A stretch of 64,000 nucleotides of DNA from Octopus vulgaris. Taxonomy: Eukaryota. Positions 11,281 through 24,421 of this stretch are shown here, piece after piece. The position numbers and the translations under genes were made by a program. The notes beneath the pieces were generated by a model that did not search any database, was not told where the DNA came from, and was given only the letters and a program-made list of their open reading frames with translations. Position 1 is the first letter of the stretch, and each line of letters opens with the position of its first letter. Where the stretch lies: contig OX597831.1 in the NCBI GenBank assembly GCA_951406725.2, positions 5,084,001 through 5,148,000 of the forward strand, read 5' to 3'.

Positions 11281-11779
11281 CTGAAGAAGGGGAATATTTC
11301 TTGTGTTGTATGTCTTGTACTCTGTTTTTTTTCGAAAAATAGTTCGTTTCCATGTTTTCGTTTCTCATTGTGTTCAACGTTTTTTTTTTATGTCTGGTAC
11401 CCATATATGCATGTATATATACATATAGATGTAGCTATGTACATATATGCATGTATATATGCATATATCTATATACTATTTATATTATTATATGATCGAA
11501 CGCCACGCACCCTTTTTCAAGTAAGTTCTATACATATATATATATAAACACTGATTATGATATCGCTTGTTATATAAAAACAGAGCAAAAGAATGAAGTT
11601 TTATGAAAATCTGTGAATGTTTGTGGAATATTCTTGGAATGAGTTTGAGATCTGAGGGAGCCCAATTTTGATGGAATATTTGAGAAATTAGGGTGCTGGC
11701 AAAGGGGTGGGTTGCGGTGGTGGTCATCGTTATGTGTGTGGTTGTAGAAGTAATGAATGTAGTGATGATCGTTAGAGTA

Positions 11780-12170
11780 GTGGTAAATGATAGAGGTGGT
11801 GATGGTGGTGGTGATGATGGTGGGGGTGGTGATTGTGGTGGTGGTGGTGGTCATCGTCGTCGTGATGGTCGTGGTGGTAGTAGTGGTGGTGTTGGTAGTA
11901 GTTGTGGTTGTGGTGGTGATGGTGATGGTGGTGGTGGTGATTGTGGTGGAGGTGGTGATGGTGGTGGTTGTAATTGTGGTGGTCGTCGTAGTGGTGGTTG
12001 TGATGGTGATGGTGGTCGTGGTGATTGTGGTGGTAGTGGTGGTGTTAGTGGTGGTGTTGGTGGTGGAAGTAGTGGTAGTGGTGGCTGTGGTGGCTGTGGT
12101 GTTGATGGTGGTTGTGGTGGTGATGGTGGGTGGTGGTGGTGGTGGTGGTGATTGTGGTGGTGGCTATGTT
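11780..12170. repeat. Degenerate (GGT)n tract
   Basis: Trinucleotide repeat, complementary in composition to the (CAC)n tract at 9200-10280. Confidence 0.9.
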
Positions 12171-12479
12171 AGCGATATTTAAAAGAGGGTTAAAAAATGA
12201 GATGGGGAAGGGCGGGGCGGTGGTGGCGGCGAGAATAAGGTCGGTGGGTGGGGTGGGATGGGGTGGGAGGTGTTATTGTTAAAAATGTTGAAGAGTTAAA
12301 TAGCGAAACGAATAAATTATAATTTGGATATAAAACTCGGGTGGGGTGGGGCGGGGTGGGGAGGTAGAAGAGCGGTGGGGATACGGGGGAGGGAGATTGA
12401 AGGTGGAGAGTGGGGGAAAAGTAGAGTGACGTCGAGGGTGGAAGAGATGAGGTCGCTGTGGGGAAAGATGAGGTCGAGG

Positions 12480-12824
12480 TTAGTGGATACTGAGAAAGAT
12501 TGGGGTAAGAAGTACAACAGCAATAGTAGTAGTAGTAGTAGTAGTTGTAGTGGTGGTGGTGGTGGTGGTGAGGAGGAGGAGGCGGAGTCGGTGTGAATGG
12601 AATAAGCGATGGTTTTTCTGCGGTGTGTCGGTCGTTGAACGTCGATGGTGGGAGGTGATGACGTCGTCGGTCGGTTGGTTGAAGCGGCGGCGGTGGGGGG
12701 GGCGGGGGGGGGCGAGTGGAAGGTTCGCGTGGAGGATGGTTAAATAGTCAGAAGAGGAATGGTTGGGGGGGGGGGGAGGTCGTGGGTGGTGGTGGTGGTG
12801 GTGGTGGGAGTGGGGGGAGAAAAA
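12480..12824 (-). CDS. Candidate low-complexity terminal exon (115 codons incl. stop) ending in a hydrophobic tail
   Basis: Acceptor GGTTTTTCTTTAG at 12825, then a phase-0 open frame FFSPHSHHHHHHHPRPPPPPNHSSSDYLTIL...RLRLLLL(T)nIAVVLLTPIFLSIH*. No recognisable domain. Confidence 0.25.
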   Translation of the reverse strand, partial: FFSPHSHHHHHHHPRPPPPPNHSSSDYLTILHANLPLAPPRPPHRRRFNQPTDDVITSHHRRSTTDTPQKNHRLFHSHRLRLLLLTTTTTTTTTTTTTTTIAVVLLTPIFLSIH

Positions 12825-12929
12825 CTAAAGAAAAACCGTTTAGGAGTGCGAGAAGAAACGAGGTGAAAAATTTTGAATCTGGGTTCACAAATCCATCCTG
12901 GATACGTGCAAGACAGGGGAAAAACGGCA

Positions 12930-12948
12930 CAACAACAACAACAACAAC

Positions 12949-12986
<38 letters not shown>

Positions 12987-13083
12987 TAATAATAATATAA
13001 TAATAATAATAATAATGATAATAATAATAATAATAATAATAATATTAATAATAATAATAATAATAATAATAATGATAATAATA

Positions 13084-13146
<63 letters not shown>

Positions 13147-13154
13147 TAATAATA

Positions 13155-13220
<66 letters not shown>

Positions 13221-13232
13221 TAATAATAATAT

Positions 13233-13298
<66 letters not shown>
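12930..13298. repeat. (AAT)n microsatellite
   Basis: Direct tandem repeat; hosts the RLE LINE inserts that follow. Confidence 0.95.
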
Positions 13299-13299
<1 letters not shown>

Positions 13300-13300
13300 T

Positions 13301-13560
13301 ATGAGAATGATCCCTGGCTTACCATCCCTGCAAGAAGCGCAAAAGATTGTCTTTACTGGTACATCACACGTATTGAGAAGAGCATTGTCGATGTAAGAAC
13401 TATTACTACCCATGTATTTTAATTTAACTTTAAAAAAAATGAATGAACTAGTGAGTTTACTTTAATGGCCTACCAATGTATACTATGAGTTTCTTTGCCC
13501 TAGGAGTCGGGAAGACACTCGGCAAGAAATGGAAGCAAATTTCAAAGAAGAAAAAAAAAG
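13301..13560 (+). mobile_element. 5'-truncated R4/Dong-like non-LTR retrotransposon (family 1): ORF C-terminus and 3' UTR
   Basis: Frame RMIPGLPSLQEAQKIVFTGTSHVLRRALSM* (stop 13394-13396) is homologous to the C-terminus of the next element. (AAT)n lies on both sides. Confidence 0.75.
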
Positions 13561-13578
13561 ATAATAATAATAATAATA

Positions 13579-14055
13579 GATGCGAATAGGCCAGACATCA
13601 TATTGAAAGACTTCAGACAAAAACCATGCCTCCTCATTGATATGACTGTCCCGATCGATATAAATGTATCTGTCAAGACCTACCAAAAACTGAGCAAATA
13701 TAAAGATCTTGAAATAAAAATGTGGAAACTCAAGACTAAAACAATACCTGCTGTAATAGATACCCTAGGAATGATAGCAAAAGGGGCTGATTGCTCCCTA
13801 GCTCAAATACCAGAAAATACCAAAATGGCAGAAATTCAAAAGATAGTGTTCATGGGAACTGTCTATGTAATCTCAAATTTTAAAACAAACTCAAAATTTT
13901 CTTATGCTTTCTTAAACATTCTCTAGAACAAATACCATGTGCAAAACCAAATATACGATACCCTATATGACACATGAACTTCTAAATTGTTACCTTATGA
14001 GGTCTGTGGGTGAGGTATGGAGCCAACTTGTACAAATACAAAGTAAAAGTCAAGC

Positions 14056-14057
<2 letters not shown>
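13579..14057 (+). mobile_element. 5'-truncated R4/Dong-like non-LTR retrotransposon (family 2) with restriction-like endonuclease domain
   Basis: DANRPDIILKD..CLLIDMTVP..KLSKYKDLE..MWKLKTKTIP..TLGMI..EIQKIVFMGT is the PD..D..K RLE motif typical of R4-clade elements. (AAT)n lies on both sides. Confidence 0.85.
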
Positions 14058-14127
<70 letters not shown>

Positions 14128-14254
14128 TGACAATGATAATAATAATAGTCAAAACGAAGACCGCGATTCGATTGTAAGATATCTTAGTGGTTGAACGATA
14201 TTTCAACAGTACATAAAAAGTGATAAAAATTCAAAATTATAGAAATTTCTGTAA

Positions 14255-14269
14255 TCCTCCTCCTCCTCC

Positions 14270-14307
<38 letters not shown>

Positions 14308-14595
14308 TTCTTCTTCTTCTTCTTCTTCTTCTTCTTCTTCTTCTTCTTCTTCTTCTTCTTCTTCTTCTTCTTCTTCTTCTTCTTCTTCTTCTTCTTCTTC
14401 TTCTTCTTCATCCTCATCATCATCCTCTTTATCATCATCATCACCATCATTATCATCCTGATCATCATCATCATCATCATCATCACCATCATTATCATCA
14501 TCGTCATCATTATCATCATCATCATTATCCTCTTCTTCTTTATCATCATCATCATTATTATCATCAATGTCATCATCATCCTCTTTATCATCATC
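14255..14595. repeat. (CAT)n/(CTT)n compound microsatellite
   Basis: Direct tandem repeat. Confidence 0.95.
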
Positions 14596-14621
14596 ATCCC
14601 ACCTCCACCACCACTGAAACG

Positions 14622-14728
14622 ATGAAAAACAAAGTCGACCTCAGCGGAATTTGATCTCGAAGGTAAAAACCGACGAAATGCCGCTAAGCATTTTGTTCGG
14701 CGCGCTAACGATTCTGCTAGCTCGCCGC
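14622..14728 (-). mobile_element. SINE family A 5' half
   Basis: Head and B-box of family A on the minus strand. Confidence 0.75.
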
Positions 14729-15095
14729 AAATATAGCTGCCTATTCCTCCTCTTCCACAAATCCCACCACCACCACCACCACCACCACCACCACTACTAA
14801 GACCCCCAAAGCCACCACCATCAATAACTGTACCCCCTTCTGTTTGCAATAATATTTAACGGTTCTTTAGACCGATTATATTTTCAAGTGGAGCAAAAGG
14901 GGACGGTTTAGTGTGTGTTGATATCTCTACACTCGGTTCGGACAGCATTTAAGAGTGAGACCAAAGGTGTAGCTAAAGTGGGGGATGGGGGGAGGATTTC
15001 TATTATCTACGCCTCAGTGTATGTGTGTGTGTGTGCGTGTATGTGTGTGTACGTAAGTATCCTTCTGTGAAGACGAAGCATTCCCCATATATATA

Positions 15096-15147
<52 letters not shown>

Positions 15148-15281
15148 TTTCTTCAATATTTACGCAATTATTCGTGTGTGTATGTGTGCGTGTTGTTTCT
15201 TTTATTCTTTAAAAATGGTTTCGGTCGAGGGACCGCGACCATGCTGGTGCACCGCCTTGACTTTGTATTTTTGTTTCTTCG

Positions 15282-15318
<37 letters not shown>

Positions 15319-15996
15319 AATATTTAAATATATATATACAAATATTTAAATATATATATATATAACATACATACAACACGCCTACACACATATGTACCGA
15401 CGGATATGTGTGTCTGCGTGTGTGTATATGTACGTGAGTGTGCGTGTGCGTGTGTGTATATTTCTACTTATCTGTTATCGGCCTAACTAGAAACCTCTCT
15501 ATACCACAGAAACAAGCATTCACACAATCTCTTACACACACATGCGCGCACACACACTCACAGACACACACTCTCACTCACACACACACAAAAGACATCC
15601 GCGCAGTCGCACACATACACACCCAAACACCCACCCACACATCCACATCCACACGCGCACACACAGAGCCCCACCCTTCCCCACACCCCCACTCAAGGTC
15701 CCTACTTACAAAGGCCACAGTCAATATCTCACAAAGCCTTCGTCATCTCCATTGTCACTAATGATATTTTCTATGGCCGTTCTATTAATTTGGCCCAACT
15801 TTAAATTTCCGCTCCCATCTCGCCCTACAAACCAGCAGCGCTCCCACTCTCCCTCACTCCTTTCCTCGTCCCACCCCCATTCTTTAATCTCTCTCTCTTT
15901 TTTTTCTTCTCCAAAGGCCCTTAGCCATCGCTCAGTTACGACCAAAAGCAAAACTTCCCGACTCATCCATCTTCACCAATTTCAACTACGACAATG

Positions 15997-16505
15997 ATCC
16001 TTTCTAATATAGGCACAAGGCCTGAAATTTGGCGGGGTAGGGGTGATGGTGGTGGCGGATAGTCAATTACAATGACCCCAGTGCTCGACTGCTACTTATT
16101 TTATCGACCCTTTAAAGTATGGCTAAGTGGAATTTGAACTCTGAACGTAAAGACAGACGAAATAATATTCTTTTCTACTCTAGACACAAGGCCCGAAATT
16201 TTTGGTGGGAGGGAACCAGTCGATTAGATCAACCCCAGTACGCAACTGCTACTTATTTTATCGACCTCGAAAGGATGAAAGGCAAAGTCGACCTCGGCGG
16301 AATTTGAACTCAGAATGTAACGGCAGACGAAATACCGCTAAGCATTTCGCCCGGCGTGCTAACGTTTCCGCCAGCTCGCCGCCTTGACAGACGAAATAAT
16401 ATTTCTTTTCCACACTAGGCACAAGGCCCGAAATTTTGGAGGAGGGAGCCAGTCGATTAAATCAAGCTCAGTACGCAACTGGTAATTATTTTATCGATCC
16501 CGAAA
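15997..16505 (-). mobile_element. Nested SINE family A cluster; young full copy 16170-16385 with 18-bp TSD
   Basis: GACAGACGAAATAATATT is duplicated at 16152-16169 and 16386-16403. The host is an older dimer junction. Confidence 0.85.
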
Positions 16506-16508
16506 GTA

Positions 16509-16650
16509 TGAGTTCAAATTCCGCCGAGGTCGGCTTTGTCTTTCATCATTTCGAGGTCGATAAATTAAGTACCAGTTGCGTACTGGGGTCGATCTAATCG
16601 ACTGCCCCACCCTCAAACATTCAGACCGTGTGCTTAGAGTAGAAAAAGAT
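16509..16650 (+). mobile_element. SINE family A 3' part, inverted relative to the adjacent cluster
   Basis: TGAGTTCAAATTCCGCCGAGGTCG...AGAGTAGAAAAAG. Confidence 0.85.
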
Positions 16651-17825
16651 ATTATCTATAACATTATCACACACACATGTGTATATAACGATTGCGTAAT
16701 CTTGTTAGTTGATTTACTGAAACATGTGTATGTTTTATAAAGCTGAAAATGCCAAATACGTTTTCTGCATTTATTATCTTTCTTATAAATACATTTACTT
16801 GGCGAGTATTCCTAACGTTAGACTATCCCGTGGTTCGCCGCGACTCAACTAACCGAGTGGAGCATAGGTCATACTAATACAGCTCAAAACTTGATCACTT
16901 GTTGCACTTCACATTGCATACATAATTTACCTATCGATCATTCGACACATGCACGTACGCACACGCACACACATACTCACACACTACACACACACATACA
17001 TAAATATATATATAAATGTGTGTGTGTGTATGCATGTAGGAATGAATATATTCTTTTATTCCCTTGCTTTCATCAGTCATTTGACTGCGACCATGCTGGA
17101 GTACTGCCTTTAGTCGAACAAATTGACCCCAGGACTTATTCTATCGGTCTGTTTTTCCGATTGACTAAGTTACAGGGACATAAACACACCAATATTCACG
17201 TGTTTTGATGTTTCGTTTAGTCATTGCAAGACTACTATGTATATAAGTGTATATATGTGTATATGTATCTATAAGTACATATGTATATAAGTGTGTATAT
17301 ATGTATATATATATATATATTTGTGTGTGTGTTTGTGTGTCTATGTTTGTTCCCTTTCCCAACATCACTTGACAATCGTAACATAGCGGTTCAGTAAAAG
17401 AGACTGATAGAATAAGTATTGGGGCTCACAAAGAATAAGACCTGTTCGACTAAATGCGGTGCTCCAGCATGGCCGCAGTCAAATGACTGAAACAACTTAA
17501 AGAATATATATATATATATACATAAATGTTTATATACCCAGGCATACATATATACACCCACTCAAACAACAGTATAGAATTAAGTCCACATCTATCGATC
17601 ATACCACTTCGTAGTCCATATGGACCGCTAAGTCCATATCATAATCTCAGATAACAGGAAAAAGAATCAAACTAAACGGGTGGTTTCCTCCAAATTCAGA
17701 AATATACCCGTATATATTGCCTCGGCATAAATAGTTCATTCACCCGTAATTAGCTTACTTTTTCGGCTGATAATCCATCCTTGCTATCTTCCGTCTCTCC
17801 TCGATAATCCACCTATCATGATTAC

Positions 17826-17979
17826 TTCTCCTTCTCCTTCTCCTTCTTCTTCTTCTTCTTCTCCTTCTTCTTCTTCTTCTTCTTCTTCTTCTTCTTCTTC
17901 TTCTTCTTCTTCTTCTTCTTCTTCTTCTTCTTCTTCTTCTTCTCCTTCTCCTTCTTCTTCTTCTTCTTCTTCTTCTTCT

Positions 17980-18040
<61 letters not shown>

Positions 18041-18133
18041 AGTCTATCTCGCTTCCGTTTCCTTCTCTTCCTCTGTCAGTCTCGTTCCTCCTCTCCCTCC
18101 TTCTAACTATCTGTTTGTTCCCCCTCTCACCTC

Positions 18134-18220
<87 letters not shown>
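17826..18220. repeat. (CTT)n/(CT)n polypyrimidine tract
   Basis: Direct tandem repeats. Confidence 0.95.
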
Positions 18221-18225
<5 letters not shown>

Positions 18226-18344
18226 ATCCACACTTGCTAGCTTTTCTTTTTCTCTCTCCGTCTGTCTATCTCGCTCTTCCAACTTTTCCCTTTCTCACTC
18301 CATCTCTACGTATCTCTCCTACTTTCTCTTCCTCTCTCTACCTG

Positions 18345-18386
<42 letters not shown>

Positions 18387-18925
18387 ACCTTTCGTCCCCC
18401 CCTCACTCTCTTCCTCTTAAACGCACTCCCGTCTCTTTCTCTCCATGATATTACTATATCAGCTAATACCGTCGTTCGTGCTAGTGTTGAAGTGAAGTCA
18501 GACTATTTCTTATTAGCTAACGTTTAAACAACAACAACAACAACAACAACAGCAGCAGCAGCAGCAGCAGTAGCCGCAGCAGCAGTAGCAGTAGTTGTTG
18601 CTGTTGTTGTTGTCCATGTAAATTCACCAAAGCCGACAGTTTTTGTTTGCGATGTCTAACACACACACACACACACACACATTCTCCTTCTTTCTATCTT
18701 TATTCCTCTCTTCTCGACTCTGGCTCTCCCCCCCCCTCGCCACCCCGTTACGCGATGATTTTAACCTATAAACAGAAGACAATTGACGTGAGAACGCATT
18801 AACATACACTCGACTGTGTACAGAGGGAGCCACCTTCCTTCCTGTCCAGCCCTACCAACCGCATAACCCCTTCCTTTCTCTCTTTCTCTCTCTGTGTCTC
18901 TCTCCATTGCCCTTTCTCTGTCTGA

Positions 18926-18960
<35 letters not shown>

Positions 18961-19384
18961 TCCTATTCATATTCTGTGCCCCACCCCGGTGAGAGAAGCA
19001 CAGACGTATCCAAGCAAGCGTGAACGTAAATATGCGTATGAGCAGCCAACCTACCTTGGGGGGGAAAGGAAAAATTAACAAATGGAGAGGAAAAAAAAAA
19101 AAAAAAAGGAAAACCAAAACAAAACAAAAAAAAAAACGAAAAAGAAAAAAATAAAGAAAACAAAAACGAGAGAAAAAAAAGAAAGGTTTAAGCGAAACCC
19201 CCACCCACCCCCACCTCCGCTGTCGTCACCGTCGCCGCTACTTCTGCTGACGGAGGAAAAAGAAAAAGAAAACGGAAAAGAAAAAAACAACAAAAAAAAA
19301 CTGTTTGAAAAAGGATTAATAGAAAATTGATAGATTAAATAAACGATAAAAATATAATAAAAATATATTAAATATACATACATT

Positions 19385-19427
<43 letters not shown>

Positions 19428-20105
19428 ATATATATATATATATGTGTGTGTGTGTATAATATATATATATATATATATATATACATAACATATTTGTACG
19501 TGTATACTTTTTAATCTTTTATCTTGTACTTGCTTCAGTCATTTTGACTGCGGCCATGCTGGCGCACTGCCTTGAAGTCGAACGAATCGACCCCACGACG
19601 TATTCTTTGTAAGTCTGGTACTTATTCTATCGGTGTCTTTTGCCCAGCCGCTAAGTTACGGGGACGTAAACACATCAACATCGGTAGTCAGGCGATGGAG
19701 GGGGGAAGGAACAAGCACAGACACGAATACTTTTTAATGTTTGCTTACTCGATTCGATTTCATATATATATATATATTCTCAGTCACATTGCTACAATAG
19801 CGACAACATGAATTTCTTCCATCTTTTTACTCTGTTAAAATATTTAAGAAAAATTATATTAACGTGTCCTACTTGTTAATAAAACGTCTATATTTTGTAT
19901 AGCTGAAGATAGCGCTGTAATTTAAATTGATGCAATGATTGCATCGTTCAATTAAAAGGATCCGCTTGAAACGGTCGTACTGCATTACTACATGATATCC
20001 TGTTGCTTATTTTGATTTTATTCACCTTAATTCGAGCTGTGTGGATAATAATACCAGACTGACCTGGTGCTTCAACCAAAGTACTTAAATCAACTGAATC
20101 TTGAT

Positions 20106-20162
<57 letters not shown>

Positions 20163-20667
20163 TTATATACATACATATATACATGCATACATATATATCA
20201 TATGTCTTGTGTGTTTAGCTAGTTGTTCGACTTCTACTTTTCTACTAAAGAGTTTAGAGTTCTACGTAGATTGTCCTCATCCAGTCTGCTTCCAGTATTG
20301 TGCTGTGATTAGCACCTTATTAAGTAGCGGTACAGGTTATGATATAACGAAAAAATGCGGGAGAAAATGTGATGAGCGCAAGGTTGTATCATTTGATCAT
20401 TCGTTCCCTACATAATTTACAGTATTGTGAATGCGCGTCCTCTTCATTGGATGTTCCATGTGGCAATTGGATGAAGAACCACAGCAGATTGTCAAGGGAA
20501 CACTTTTTTGTGTTTCAGTATACGCATCAAACGCCTTATCATATGCATATGTATGTGTGTGTGTGTGTGTGTAAATATATATACATATATATATATATAT
20601 TTACACAAACACATATATATATATACATATATATATACAAATACATATATATGAATATATATATATG

Positions 20668-20733
<66 letters not shown>

Positions 20734-20868
20734 AATACATATATATGTATATATATAAATATATATATAGAGAGAGATAGATAAAACAGTTTGACTGTAA
20801 CTCCTGCCAGATGTGTTTGATGCCATTTTCTTTCGTTTGTCCATTCACTCGTGTGTGTCTCTCTGTGT

Positions 20869-20925
<57 letters not shown>

Positions 20926-21110
20926 TGTGTGTTCTTCTAGAAGAAGAAATCGGGTACGTTTCCTCGGACGTAGAGATTAACAAACCGTGAAACGAGACCG
21001 GCGGGAGACTTTCCACACACTTTTTACGCATATCGAAAGCATAGGACAAACGTGTTTACATTTGTTTTGATTTAACCTCACAGCTAAGGGCTTTAATTCT
21101 TCATACATAT

Positions 21111-21174
<64 letters not shown>

Positions 21175-21431
21175 GCACACACACGGGCACACACACGGGC
21201 ACACACAGAAATATATGCTGTTTGTCCTTCTTGAGCTGTGCCTGGCTCATAAGGGCCGGTTTTCCCCTTTCATTAGCGTATATGTTGTCCACCTGGACGG
21301 GACGCCGGTCCGTCTGAACAGAAATACATACATACATATAATTCTTTTAGAAGAATAGTGATGACAGTGACTTCGGAGATTCACTTTGCTTTGCCTTCAT
21401 CTATAGGCAAAACTATACTAAATATATACTC

Positions 21432-21755
21432 AAGGTGCATGGCCCAGTAGTTAGTGCATCAGACTCACAAACAAGTGGTAGTGCGTTCCATTCCCAGACC
21501 GGGCTGTGAATTGTGTTCTTGAGCAAGACTCTTTATTTCACGTTGCTCCAATTCACTCAGCTGTAGAAATGAGTTGTGGTGTCACTGGTGCCAAGCTGTA
21601 TTGGCCTTTACCTTTCCCTTAGATAACATCGGTGGCGTGGAGAGAGGAGGCTGGTGTGCATGGGCGACTGCTGGTCTTTCATGAACAACCTTGCCCGGAC
21701 TTGTGCTTTGCAGGGGAAATTTCTTAGTGGAATGAAGGGGGTTTTCACCCTTTTA
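21432..21755 (+). mobile_element. tRNA-derived SINE family E
   Basis: Head GGTGCATGGCCCAGTAGTTAG..CGTTCCATTCCCAGACC. The segment CAAGACTCTTTATTTCACGTTGCTCCAATTCACTCAGCTG is shared with 61660-61700; the tail is distinct. Confidence 0.7.
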
Positions 21756-21859
21756 CTCTGCAGAAAGTATTCTGTAATACTTCAGTTTAATGTAAATTTT
21801 TTTTCATAATTCGACAAAAGAACAAATATTAAGGAAACACATACACACACTCTCAGAGT

Positions 21860-22110
21860 GGTTAGATAGACAAATACAGATTCAACAATTATCATACAAC
21901 ACAGAATCTTGATTTATTAGAATTATCTCCGCCTCTAGAGGATGCATCATTAACACCAAATAGCAATTGAGACAGACTCCACTTGCGAAGGGGAGATAAT
22001 CTCTCAAGAAACAAGTATTCTCCGAAAGCGACATGGCATTAAGGAAAAGGACAGAATTATTGTATGGCGATAAAAGGACATTCGTACAAACGTGATTCTG
22101 GCTCAATACC
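21860..22110 (-). mobile_element. Diverged partial copy of the LTR-like repeat at 27932-28436
   Basis: Colinear shared motifs TCTTGATTTATTA, CTAGAG, GGGAGATAATCTC, ATTCTC, TTAAGGAA and TTATTGT. Confidence 0.6.
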
Positions 22111-22225
22111 CGTTATCGGGCTGACAATCCTTCAACCTTTTCTCTAGAAGCCAAAAGAATTATACTTATGCGAAAAGGAGTGCAAAACACACACACACAC
22201 ATTTGAGTATGTGTGTGTGTGTGTG

Positions 22226-22278
<53 letters not shown>

Positions 22279-22357
22279 GTATATACATACAGATATATAG
22301 GTACATAGAGACATCTATTCGTACAAAAATAGACATATACTAACATACATTTATATG

Positions 22358-22424
<67 letters not shown>

Positions 22425-22452
22425 ACTCACACATATATAAACTTATATAAAC

Positions 22453-22502
<50 letters not shown>

Positions 22503-22592
22503 TTATATACAGACACCCTTACACGTTCATATGTGTTTGTAAATGTGTGTGCACGTAATATAAATGTGTCTGACTATATATATGTATGTATG

Positions 22593-22639
<47 letters not shown>

Positions 22640-22766
22640 TTGCACACACACACACACATATTTATATATATATATGTATGTATGTATGTGTATATAGGGT
22701 AAATAGAAATGACCCCCTTCTGTCATGAACGACCATGGGATTGTATCCAGAGTTACCCTCCTAGGC

Positions 22767-22840
<74 letters not shown>

Positions 22841-22857
22841 TTTTCTATCAAAGTTGC

Positions 22858-22995
22858 AAAACCTCACAGAACTGTTAGTCACAGTCAGAGTTTCACGTTA
22901 CAGTTCGTCGAAAAGTTGTGATCAAAACTGGAGCATTACTTTACAGTTCGACGAACGGAAACGTGAATCTCTGAGTAACACTTCTGTGATGTTTT
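22858..22995. mobile_element. Short fold-back element next to (TA)n
   Basis: Arm 22858-22912 pairs with 22947-22995, with one 6-nt indel and several mismatches. Confidence 0.6.
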
Positions 22996-23127
22996 CACAT
23001 TGCAGCTTTAAAAAAATGCATGATACTCTACCTTCGGTATTCGAGTACTATTTTTCCACCTTATTTTGCATTTATCTGCTTAGTCTTGTGTATGTGTGTG
23101 TGTGTGTGTGGGTGTGTATACATACAT

Positions 23128-23163
<36 letters not shown>

Positions 23164-23686
23164 CTGATTACACATATACACACACAAATATAAGAGAGAC
23201 GTAGAGAGAGAAGAGAGAGAGAGAGAGGTTGGCGGATAAGAGAATGTTTGCGTTTGTAATGAAAAAGCGTTAGGTGTGTATCATACACTAAATGAATGAA
23301 AGAGAGAGAATGTTGGAATAAGAGAGAGTGAAAGAATGAGAGAGAGGGAGAGAGGGAGAGAAGGAGGAAGATGAAGATCGATTCAGAGAAAGAGAGAGAG
23401 AGGAATAGAGAGAGGAGAAGGGAAAATTACACATCTACATCCAAATCTACGCATACATACTTTATGTGCAAAGCACACGTACATATACACACGGAAATAG
23501 ATATATTGCATACAAACACACTCGCATATGCAAATGCAGCTCTCCCCCGTCCCCTTCTGTCTCCCTCTCTCGTACATATTTATATAATTCTGTAATTCTG
23601 AATATAGACTGAAATTGTGTAAATGATAAGGTATATAAAGAGATATACGTGGAGGTAGAACCGAGTATAAGGTGTGTATGTTTGTG

Positions 23687-23723
<37 letters not shown>

Positions 23724-23757
23724 TGATAGATAGATAGACATATAGATAGATAGATAA

Positions 23758-23829
<72 letters not shown>

Positions 23830-23991
23830 GTATATATATATATATATATCTTTGCACATCTACATCTACACATTAAGTCACGCAAATATGCATGAGGTTA
23901 TCATACATGCGCGCACGCGCTTTTGAATATATTAGATATTCATATGAAAAAAAATGTTGTATTTATGTATAAACGCATGTATGTGTTTTTC

Positions 23992-24039
<48 letters not shown>

Positions 24040-24163
24040 CACGCGTATGATAGATAGATAGATACATCAATACATACGCGTGTTATATATACGTTGTAAT
24101 ATATATACTTTAATATACGCATCTTTCAGGAAATGTTTTTGTGACGATATTTGCGTGTGTATG

Positions 24164-24248
<85 letters not shown>

Positions 24249-24369
24249 ATGCCAATATGTATGTCTGTATGTGTGTATGTATGTGTATATATTATACATA
24301 TATATATATTATATAAATGGTTGTGTATGTATGTGTGTGTGAGCGAGTTAATATGAACGTGTGTACATC

Positions 24370-24421
<52 letters not shown>

